Assembly: GCA_904063045.1 (NCBI GenBank)
Contig: CAJFCJ010000024.1
Coordinates: 674,165 to 738,164 of the forward strand
DNA length: 64,000 nt
Origin: Dimorphilus gyrociliatus
Taxonomy: Eukaryota > Animalia > Annelida
Direction: 5' to 3'
The position numbers and the translations under genes were made by a program. Shown here piece by piece: positions 1 through 10,269 of this stretch (position 1 is the first letter of the stretch; each line of letters begins with the position of its first letter). Under the pieces are notes generated by a model. It worked only from the letters and a program-made list of their open reading frames with translations. It ran no database searches and was not told the DNA's origin.

Positions 1-1
1 A

Positions 2-394
2 AAACATCTAATTCCCATTAAGTCATCTGAGAATGAAGAAAAACGTTACGTTTTCGCTCAAAATGTCTTGTTAGGTAGCAAAGTTTACTCTGTTGTTGAT
101 GGAAAAGAAATTGAAGATGAAGTTATAGAGATAAGTTCAAAAACATATCAAGGCTATTATTCACCATTAACGTTTCATGGAACAATAGTTATTAATGGCA
201 TTCAGGCTTCCTGTTATGCAGAGGTGGAAAGTCAATCAATATCTCATTGGTCAATGTTTCCATTGAGATCTTTATCCTATATTAAAAATATGCTATCCGT
301 ATCAAAAGTAGAAGATTTTGAAGGTATCCACTGGTATGGAAGACTATCAAAGCAGTACGCATTACCAATAGCCAAGAACTTGGGTATTTTGTAA
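2..394 (+). CDS. Hog (Hint + sterol-recognition region) domain gene, 3' part only; 5' end lies upstream of the window
   Basis: The frame is open from base 2: KHLIPIK...YVFAQNV...GYYSPLTFHGTIVINGIQASCYAEVESQSISHWSMFPLR...EGIHWYGRLSKQYALPIAKNLGIL*. This matches the Hedgehog C-terminal motifs (His of TxxH, APLTxxGTIVVN, ASCYA, H..A.APLR, GIHWY) and is paralogous to the C-terminus of the 1782-3233 ORF. Confidence 0.9.
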   Translation, partial: KHLIPIKSSENEEKRYVFAQNVLLGSKVYSVVDGKEIEDEVIEISSKTYQGYYSPLTFHGTIVINGIQASCYAEVESQSISHWSMFPLRSLSYIKNMLSVSKVEDFEGIHWYGRLSKQYALPIAKNLGIL

Positions 395-1781
395 GGTTGA
401 TTCTTATTGCATTAAAATATTGAATATTCAATAAAATTTAACCTTTCATAAGTTAAATAACTAAACATTTGTCAGTTTTTTTATTATAATCAATTTCTAT
501 TAGAAAAACTAGCTCAACGCCAAAAAGGAATAATGAACTTTTCTTTACTGCTTTATCAGTTTTCGAAATGTATTTTTCCTACTTCCTAAACGATATTTAA
601 GTGGCAGTAGCATTATTAAATTTACATATTCCTAGTTGCAAATACACTGCGAAATGTTAGATTAATTAGGTGGAATAATAGGAGTACGATTGAAAAAATT
701 AGCAATCTTGTAAACTCGCATAATATGATCCTTTTACGTTTTTTTAGTGTAATTAACTGTTTTTGGAATTACTTGATTGTTAAATTTTACAGATAAAAGA
801 TAAGAAGTTAAGTATCTTATTTATTATATTAATACATAAGAAAATGAATCAATTCATTACCTTAAAATGGAAATTTCCCATATGAAAACTTAATTGGAGA
901 TTTTGTAATACTGGACTTACTGTATATTTAACAGATACAAGAATAAATGATTAAAGCAACGATCGAGAATTGAATATACTATATTTAAGATTTAATACGT
1001 AATGCCATAAGAGTCTGTACGATGGATGAGACAGTTTTTAGAAACGTAGCCCTAGAACTTACCATAAATATGTATTCAAATACATCATGTAAGTTTCAAA
1101 ATGGTTTCTCTAGCTATTCGACATAAAATCCTATTCAATTTTATCATTCAAGAAAACTTATAAAAGATATATCTATTCGTTACATTCTGAATATTTTCTC
1201 TTTTAAGTAACAAAAATAACACAGAAGTGAAAATTGAACAGTATAGCAGAGAAACAATACATTATATTTCTTGAGTTGTTTAAATTTAAACGTGATTAAA
1301 AGCTACTGAAACGACTGAAATCATGACTTGCTTGAACATAAATTATGCCTATTCAATTTCATATCCGGCTAAAATAAATCGTCATTTAACTGTGTATCAA
1401 TTCGAATACATTTCATAATCGAATATTTTTAAGCGAAAGCAATATATCGATGAAGATCGAAAAAGCTTCATTTATGAAACATGAATGTTTTATCTACATG
1501 AATTTGATAATAAAAAAAACACAATTGTTTCTTTAAAATGTATCTACAGTTTAGTTTTATTCCGCTAGACTATTTAATTAGCTAATGAAAATTAAACAGA
1601 AAGAATTAAACACAAGTAGCAGATTTAAAACATTAATATATGACTAAGCTAAAAAAAATTCAGTAAATTGCCAATCACTTCTTAAAGAGTGAAAAATTGT
1701 TTATGGCAAAAAAATATATTAAAATATTCAGGTATAAAATTGTCTTTTTACCACGTATTTCATTAAAATGGCTAATAAGTT

Positions 1782-3233
1782 CTAAGTTGATAGCTGAAAA
1801 CCGAGGTTTTGTGCCAATGGTAGAATATAATTTTGTGACATTTCACCATACCAATGAATTCCTTCAGAGGAATCTATGCTAGACTTCAATCCAATTATTG
1901 AGTTATATAATTGCAATACCCATCTAAGTGGAGCCATGGCCAAGTGTGCAATTTCATGACTATTGATTACGGCGTAGCATGATGCTTCAATCCCATTTAC
2001 TATCACTGTTCCATCAGCTGTCATTGGAGCATAAAACCCATTCATTTGTATTTCTTCAATAGATATCACCTCGGTCACTTTTTCAATTCCATTATCTTGA
2101 GAATATAACTTTTGTCCTATTCTTACTTGATCAGCATGAATATAGCGTTTACCATCAGCAGTTTCAACAGCGATCAGATGTTGGTGTGTAAGTTGAATAA
2201 AATGCCCACTTTTTGTACGTAAAGTAAGAAATAGTGCTGGTTCTTGTGTATTTCTATCAAGCATAGTAAGAACTGGACTGAAACGACCTTTAGAAGAGAG
2301 AACAGAATCACCAAGTTTTAATTGCTTCATTGAAATCGTCTGTCCATTTTCAAGTACAACTTTACTTTCACCAGAAAAACATGATTTTCCATAGAGCTTT
2401 TGAATACCTTTTTTGTCATCTGAATTCAGTTTATAATTCTGTCCCTTATAAGAATAGTACGGATACATAATTGCCTGACTCTTACTGGAATGCTTCAAAC
2501 CCAAAGCATGTCCGAGTTCATGACAAGCAACTACCGACAGATGTATCTTATTATTTGACGTACTCCATTTTTCAGCTTCGTCGAAATGGATTTGACCCTT
2601 TCTTGAGGTTTTTGGATAGAAAGCATGGGCTAAAGTTCCAGATGGTCCATCCATGGGATAACCATCTCCATGTGCACCACTAACAAATCTAAATTTCAAA
2701 TGGACATTTCCAGAATAAACTCTTGTAAACTTCAATTTGCTATTGTCAGACCACTGTTTTAGTGCATATTTTATTGCAGCAACCACTGAAACATTTGGTA
2801 TATCAGGTGTATAGTTATACAACCTCCATTTAAGCTTCTTCCTATTCCATTTTTTACCATATAATGCATAACGCTTTTGTCTGCCAGTATTCGGAGCTCT
2901 AAATTCATCGTCAACTATCCCGCATCGTTCTTTATTCATTAGTGACAAAGTTCTTGCATCAAGTTTACCAGTAACGGGTATTGCGGCTTCCTTTTGAAAT
3001 CTTTTCAGACCCTCAGCATAATCATCTGTTTGATTGTGTGTAGTCTTGGACATATGCTCATACTTTTGCAAATATGATCTTGCTTCACGCTCACTTTTAA
3101 CTGCAAGGATACGAGTAGATGAGTCTCGTTTCTCTCTTAATTTAGATTGAACCAAATTATTTTCTTCCAGATTCTCCTTAATTGCAGCAGACATTACAGC
3201 CGTAATAAAGCATAAAAGAATTAATGCCTTCAT
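1782..3233 (-). CDS. Secreted matrix metalloproteinase (M10A-like) fused to a Hedgehog-type Hog autoprocessing domain, 483 aa, intronless CDS
   Basis: Signal peptide MKALILLCFITAVMSA; pro-domain (LKRFQ...PVTGKLD..T..LMNKERCG, Cys104 switch); furin sites REKR (33-36) and RQKR (118-121). Structural-Zn residues lie in AHGDG, LAHAF and QIHFD, followed by HELGHALGLKH (238-248) and the Met-turn AIMYPYY. After GKS|CF (Cys285, codon 2381-2379) come MLDRN, LTHQH, FYAPMTADGTVIVNGIEASCYA and the SRR motifs HLAMAPLR and EGIHWY. Confidence 0.97.
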   Translation of the reverse strand: MKALILLCFITAVMSAAIKENLEENNLVQSKLREKRDSSTRILAVKSEREARSYLQKYEHMSKTTHNQTDDYAEGLKRFQKEAAIPVTGKLDARTLSLMNKERCGIVDDEFRAPNTGRQKRYALYGKKWNRKKLKWRLYNYTPDIPNVSVVAAIKYALKQWSDNSKLKFTRVYSGNVHLKFRFVSGAHGDGYPMDGPSGTLAHAFYPKTSRKGQIHFDEAEKWSTSNNKIHLSVVACHELGHALGLKHSSKSQAIMYPYYSYKGQNYKLNSDDKKGIQKLYGKSCFSGESKVVLENGQTISMKQLKLGDSVLSSKGRFSPVLTMLDRNTQEPALFLTLRTKSGHFIQLTHQHLIAVETADGKRYIHADQVRIGQKLYSQDNGIEKVTEVISIEEIQMNGFYAPMTADGTVIVNGIEASCYAVINSHEIAHLAMAPLRWVLQLYNSIIGLKSSIDSSEGIHWYGEMSQNYILPLAQNLGFQLST

Positions 3234-6024
3234 ATCTTCTTTTTGCCAATTTAAAAATTATATATTTTATAGATGTTCTGTCTTCCTTACTTGAAGGAAC
3301 TCTGTTCCACTATGTACTTTTACTTACTTATATACGGTTCTCATTTTGCCCCAGTAACCAAAAAAGTAAGCTTGTTTACGACATTTATGCTATTTTTAGA
3401 AAATTTAGCGTGTCTTCGTGTCTTGAACAGCTGAAATTGCAATTTTTTTTTTTCAAAGCCTGATGAGTATTTCGCTACAAGTATAAGGCAAAATTTAAAT
3501 AACCCACGCTTGTATCTGATATAACTATATAACAATTCAGGAAGCAGAATTCTGCTTACCTGTCCCAATGCATGTATTTTCAATTATATTATATATTCCA
3601 AAATATCCTCAACATTAAGTTTATTCATTTAAAAATAGCTGATTATTAGTTGAAAAAACTGTTTAGAAAGATTCTACTCTAATTTTTTAATTAGGTCAAC
3701 TAGTTTTTAAACCAAATTTATTAGAACTATGTCAGGCTTGTTTTTCTAATATGTTTGTTATACAATCAAAAGTTTAATAAATAGGTTAAAATTATTAGAC
3801 AAAAATTGATAATATCAACATGAAGATGAATGATTACCTTTATAAAGAATATTGTAAACATTTAATCTTTCTGTTCTGATAGAGAAAAATTCAATAAAGT
3901 AAGCCCTCCCAGTGGAAATTTATCTCAAGTACAACATATATCTAATTGTATGTTTTAAAGACAAATATCTCTTCTTTCTTTTTTTCAAAAGATCTGACGA
4001 TTTTATTTTGAATTTAATATTGTTTGTAAAAGCTTTTGCAATATGGCTTGAATTTTTATAGTAAAAATTGACTTTCTTTTTACCTTGCTGTTTATTCTTT
4101 AGAGACTTTTTTCTTAAATATTAAATTTACACAGATATCACAAATTTGAAATTTTCAGAATAGTTTTTAATTCATTCTCATAATATTAAATTACGTTCCT
4201 TTTCATGGAGAACAGAATCGACAAGTTTCTATTGAAATAGTCTATGTACTGTTTTCTGACCCTTAAGTCACTGCTAATTCGTCGTTAACGAATAGTTAGA
4301 ATTTTTTTAATAGTTCAACAAAATTATCATTTGAATGCAGAAATGAATCATGACTGAAATTGTATTTCATTTTTGTTAATACTTCTCAACTATCGTATCA
4401 AATGGATCACTATATATTTGAGATTTCTTTGTTAATTCTTACTGATCCGATCTTCATCACCATCATAGTATTACAACATTTGAAAATTCTGACCATTCAA
4501 ATTACCTTTTATATTGATAGCTACAAGTTGAATCGATATAGCTGCATTGCCTGGCAAATTCAACTGCAAAATTTAAATTGCAAACATCGGATCACTTCCG
4601 AGAAACATATTTTCATAATATAATCTTGTTTCTTTTACAATAAACTTTTTAAAAGCATTACTATCATTCAAGAAATCGTTGTATTCCACAACATTCGTTT
4701 CGTCGTTTCTGCATGTTTATCAAAGATCTTACTAGGAGAGATTTTTTCATCGTCACACAAAGAAGTATTGTTTACATCTGATAATAGCATCTCCAGCGGA
4801 AGGCTATAGCTGTAAATTCTATAGACTAAAACTAATTTGATATATTGAAAAGAACTGATTGAAATGTGCCAATAGTTTTTCACAAGCATCAAAAAATATT
4901 TTTAGATTAAAAGAAAAAAAGAGAATATTAAAAATATGAAATCGTTAAATCGATCTTTTATTAGGAAAAGAATTATTTACCAATATTAAATCTGTATCTA
5001 AAAGTCTTATTAATTATTAAAGTATTTGCTAAAAACCAGTGGGCGAAATAGTAACGAAACACAGATTATATTATTTATAAATATATTGTAAACAAATTAG
5101 ATTAAGTGGCACTACTGCTTTCAAACTTTTCAAAGAGAGGATAAGACAGAAAGAGAGAGAGAGAGAGTACAAAATTCTGTTGAATTTAGAGCTATTCGAA
5201 ATGAAAATTCAACACAAACTCTTATTCTTTCTTTTATTTGTATTTCTGAATTGTAATTGTATTAATAAAATATATTTTTTATTAATCATCGTTAAACATT
5301 CAACGATTATTTTTTGAGTCATTTTTAGAAGGAATTTACTTAATCATCAACCTTACGCTAACAGGAAAAAGAGGAAATCCCCCTGTTTTACTATCATTAA
5401 ACTATAGAGTTTTAAGTCTTTATTCAAATTTTTACAGCACTTTAAAATGAACGATTTTTTAATGTTTTCCATTAAAAACTAAGAAGCTATCAAACGTGAT
5501 CTTGTTTATTACTAGTTACTATAGAGATAGCATTTTTTGTGTTGATCTCTTTCCTTTTGCGTCAATTGTATAAATATTTAATCTTTCCTTGAGCTATTCA
5601 AAGAGATTTAATAGTTTGTCACTGTTTTTAAGTAAAACTGTAAAAGAGTTAGAGAAAAAGTTCAATATTAAAGAATTGTGTGTTTTAAAGGAATTAAACT
5701 TTTATACTTTTATGAAAAGTTGATAAAAGTCAAGCTGCTTTGCAAATTATTGAAATATAATTATTAATAATTCATATATGAAAATGAGAACAATTAATCT
5801 ATATTATACAATATTTATTGAACAGTTAATTATAATAGACGTCAAATTAATTAGAATTGGAAGTAATATGTATATTTCAAGTTAAACATCTACTTATAAA
5901 GGTAAATTTTTGTAACATTTCTTTATTTAAAAGAGTTTAAAACTCTTTTGGTCTAAAAATTTTTAATAACTAAAATCTTTGTAACTCTTTGATTTCTAAT
6001 ATTAAAGATTTCTTATAATTTAAC

Positions 6025-7318
6025 CTAAATATATGCTAATAAAATGGACAAAATGATGACAATCTTTCCTATTTTCATTTCGGAAGCATCATTGCAGATT
6101 TTCTGTCCTCCATCTGTAAGAAAATGATATTTTGCATTTAGTTTATCAATATCTTTGTCTTTAAATAATTAGACTGAAGATAGGAAACTATACCGCAATA
6201 TCCGCACAATGCTTTACAATTTGACTTCATAAAGTCAATTATTGTCGGATTTTTGCATACCGACTTTGGATAACCAGGACTTTTACCGCACTTTGAATGA
6301 TTATCCTTACAATCCTCTGTTAAATAAAGAAATATTAAGTATTTCTCAATACATGCTTCGGAAAACTTTATATTTACCGGAACAATCACCTCCAGTCCAG
6401 CCAGTAGAACACTTACATTTACAATTCGATGAATTTAGTGTACCACAATTTTTACACTTGAGAGGACAAGCTAGAAAGGCGAGATTAATCAATGGAATCT
6501 TTGTGTGCTTATTAATAATTGATTATGTACTGTAATACTTACTACAATCACCGGAAGCAGAACTGCAAGAATCTGCAAAATGGTTTTAATGGATTTTATT
6601 ATTCTAAATAAACCATAAATAATCAACTCATATTACCGCATAAACCATCTCGACACCATCCAGAGCCTGATGAACAGAGTGAACATGCATCACCTTTCTT
6701 AAAAGGTTTTTGCCCTTTGAAATTTCCCCTAAAGAGAAAATTTAAATAAATTCAACTAAGAATTATCACCAAAAAGAAAACTAACGGTGGAGAATAATTG
6801 CAGACAATATAGTGTACATTATTTTTAACTTTTCCATTATCCTCGGTTAACTTGGAACAGTATTTATAACCGCAACCAAGACGATTAGTGTCTGCCCAAA
6901 CAACTTGGGTGTAATGACCGCAAACTTTACTACACGATAGCTTATTGTAATTGTAATCTTTTTTCTCATTATACCAAGCCTTAACAACTGCCTCCATATC
7001 AGTATATTGTCCCGAACCGCCAGAAATGAACAAATTTTGACCAGCACTGCCATCAACACCTTCAGTCTTGTCGAATCCATGTTCGAAATGACATTTTTCG
7101 GCCCATTTAGAAGCCTGATTAGCCAAAGGTCCATTCCAAGACATAATTTTCATGTCAGCTGCTCCTTCCTGTCTTCTTAATTTATTATGAACATCAAGAA
7201 TCGCTTTTTCAAGTGAACCAGATAAAACTTCACAAAAAACTTTTCCATAAAAGCCTAAAATTAGAAAAGTAAGGAAGTGCAATATGAGAAGACTTAATTT
7301 ATCTTTAAATACAATCAT
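6025..7318 (-). CDS. CAP/SCP-domain protein with EGF-like and ShKT domains and a probable GPI signal (6 exons, about 319 aa)
   Basis: Exons 7318-6786, 6728-6637, 6572-6543, 6470-6378, 6316-6194, 6113-6025 are all GT-AG and phase-consistent. Signal peptide; CAP motifs HNKLR, GQNL, WYNE, GHYTQVVW, VCNYSPPGN; EGF-like CPLKCKNCGTLNSSNCKCKCSTGWTGGDC; ShKT-like CKDNHSKC...CKALCGYC; hydrophobic tail IVIILSILLAYI*. Confidence 0.92.
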
Positions 7319-8164
7319 TCTTTTTTGAAAAGAAAGTTTTCAAAATGTTATATTGGCGTCTATAAGAAAAATGAATGATTGTCACGATTTAATATTTACA
7401 AAGTGTCCTTTAAAAATGTATTGGCAAACAGTCGTTTCTATGGTATAATCAATATAGTTTTCATGGTTGCTACCTGTCTTTCAAAGAATATTTCCAGTTA
7501 CATCCTGACTAATTATACTAACAAACTAATCTTATATCCATTTTATCCATTCTTATTCCTTTTTACATAGCCAATGCAGTAGGAATTTAATTAGCTAGTA
7601 TACCAACTTTTTTAAATGTTATTTTCGTGTAATCCATTAGTTCTTGAATAATACTCATTTATTCAGTTTCTATAATAAGAATTAATGAAAATATTCATTG
7701 AGACGTTGTTAACATTATACAAACTTTTAAGAAAATAATGGAATTTCCTACTGTAAATACACTCGACTTAATCAGTATTGAAATCTCCTTCCGGTCCTTT
7801 TCATACAAAACTTTTCGCTCTTTTTTAAATATGATAAACCTACAAAAAAAAGAAAGGTGAGCAATTATGTAATTTTAACAAACGGTATTATGACAATACC
7901 TACAAGTAAATTGCGAAATAGATATGATGTATGATAGAGATTTAGTAACATTAACGTAAATATAAATGTATTCTCTTTCTAATTAGAAGTACTTGTATAG
8001 CCTTAAAAAAAAAGTTTCTTTTCATTTCGTTAAATTATACAAGATTTAAATATTCAAGTTAATGAAAGTCTTAACTTGGAAACTTTTAGCAATCAGTCAC
8101 CTCAAAAGATGCTTACTAAGCATTATACCATTCCATTATACTATAGTTAAGAAGAAGTTTGAAA

Positions 8165-8600
8165 CAGAGTTTACAGAGTAAGTTCCTACATTGTTGTATA
8201 ATTAAAGAGGATCCTTTAAACGATATTTAAATTGGTTGTGCAACATTTTTGAAGAGCTGCACTCGTTTTATAAACAAACGTTTAAACGCAGAAAGATAAA
8301 ACTCTTTTCCAATTTCATCTCGGAAGTAAGCTCTACAGCACTCTGTAGAATATTTTCATTTGCAGTTCGTAGAGTGTTAGTGCACCACCATTTTAACACC
8401 TGAGAGGAAAAGCTAGAAGAGTTCGATTAATCAATGCACTCTTTTCGTGTATGTTGATGATTGATTAGATACTTCAACGTGTACAATAGCCATCGAAGGT
8501 AGATCATCAAGTGGAATCTATAGAAAAATGATTTCACTGTCCTTGTTAAAAGTTTTAACTTTAAAATCTTGTTACATAAACTTTTTGCAACACTGTGCGT
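8165..8600 (-). pseudogene. Decayed partial duplicate of the CAP-EGF-ShKT gene
   Basis: Bases about 8375-8470 align at DNA level with 6428-6537 (acceptor plus EGF exon, e.g. ttctag|cttttcctctcaggtgttaaaat versus ttctag|cttgtcctctcaagtgtaaaaat). The copy has a stop and a frameshift. Flanking blocks weakly resemble the neighbouring exons. Confidence 0.7.
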
Positions 8601-8839
8601 TCCTCTTGAACTTATAGACTTAAACCAGCATTGATAAATCCGTTTCGTTTCTATGTTCAAAACGTTAATAATTTTTCGCTTGACATTTTTACAAGTCCGC
8701 TCAACCATACTTGCGATCTCATAAAAGATCATCTATATTGTTTTCTTAGTTGACAATAAAATTGGTTAGCGTTTTTAAAAGCGAGCAGCTGTCCACGAAA
8801 TTGATTGGGTACTTGATTTAAATCATTTTTAAGCAATAG

Positions 8840-9538
8840 CTCCCTATTTTTACTCCCATTTCTAATACATCTTTTCATTTGGGACAAGATGAATGGACTT
8901 GTGCGAAGGCATCATACCCCACCCCCACCAAGTGCTTTTCGATGGATGCAACTGTGAGGGTAATAGAAGATCGCCATATAAGAATAGGTCAATTAAATAT
9001 AGGTGACCTAACTCAAGGAGTTAATGGGCAGTTTACAATGATTCGGACAATGCGTCACAGTATTTGTTGAAAGAGATTGAAATTTATTAGCTTTCAAAAG
9101 ACGGAGAAAATGTCGTTAACAGTAACGCTGAATCAGCCATATGCCGTTTTTAAAGATAATACTGAAGAGTGTATATGTGCCAAAAAGTATCATTTGGTTC
9201 AAGAATTTCAACAATTAATAGTAGAATAAGGTCAGAGGAAAAGGTCACGTGCATTGGGAAAGTATTGAAGAAGGGCATTTCGCTCCATTAACGATGGACG
9301 GCACCCTAGTGGTTAACGGTATTCAAAGGTCCTATTACGCCGTTTATTAATAATCATAAAAAAGCCAGAATGTTCATCGCACAAGTTTAGATGAATTAAC
9401 TATTTCTAAAGCGCCATCTTTAGCTCCTACAAGAAACTAAATGTAAATCCTGACAATACACTTCGATATGGAAAGTTATCCTACGTTTACTTGAATTCAA
9501 TGGCCACCCGGCTAGGACTCGCAAAGTCCATTTCTTAA
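8840..9538 (+). pseudogene. Hog-domain pseudogene, third paralog
   Basis: Reading across stops and frameshifts gives PTK|CFSMDATVRV...IGQLNIGD, LTVTLNQ (TxxH His lost), GHFAPLTMDGTLVVNGIQRSYYAV, INNHKKARMF and RYGKLSYVYLNSMATRLGLAKSIS*. The last segment matches the tails of the other two Hog genes. Confidence 0.88.
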
Positions 9539-10269
9539 AATGTTCTTTCTTGTTTGTTTAGTCCGACTATAGTATAAAATAAGAATTTTAGAACGAATTT
9601 TCGTTTCTTGCAAGGCCAATTTCTTTAAAACTGTCGGGTTATCTGATAGTTTTTTCACCGCCTTTCCTTCTGGTAACAATAAGACTTTTAATGCGATATC
9701 ACCTAAAACCTGAAGTTAATTTCTATCTGTGAAAAATCAACCTGTTTTTCATTTTAATATTACACAATATACGTAAATATCAACTTAAAAGGTTCAGTTA
9801 GGTCTATTTAATCATCAATTTCCAATATTTGTCAGAAATGCGATTATAAGCATCGAATAACAATTACAAGGAAATTATGGAATTGTAAAAAATGTAAACT
9901 TATTTTCGCATTTTTTCTGTCTGCTTCTATATATCTCTCTATCAGTTGATCTTCCTGTCTCTCCCTCTATCACTCTCTATCTTTATTTCTCTAGACAGTT
10001 TTTTCCCTACGGCGAATCATAGAGATATTAAAGCTATCACAACAGATGGCGCCAAAAGAGACATACCTTTTTTTCTCTATTCAGCAATACACGGTATTGT
10101 CGTATTGTAAAGTTGGTATACCTCAAACTTTTCTATCTACAATTTTCGATATTATTATTTATATATACATATATATATATATATATATACTGTATATATA
10201 CAGCATATATAAAGCATAAACAAGCTTGCTATCTTATTAAAGAATACTTTACAATCGTCTACAAAATAA

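Noticed and set aside
1697-2683. Short plus-strand ORFs overlapping MMP-Hog, and the many similar 60-100 aa ORFs across the window
   Set aside because: They are antisense shadows, intron read-throughs or low-complexity AT-rich frames with no motifs.
1782-3233. Canonical hedgehog gene, or a true protein-splicing intein
   Set aside because: There is no Hedge signalling domain. The Hint domain ends in the Hedgehog-type SCYA + SRR rather than an intein His-Asn/Cys splice junction with a C-extein.
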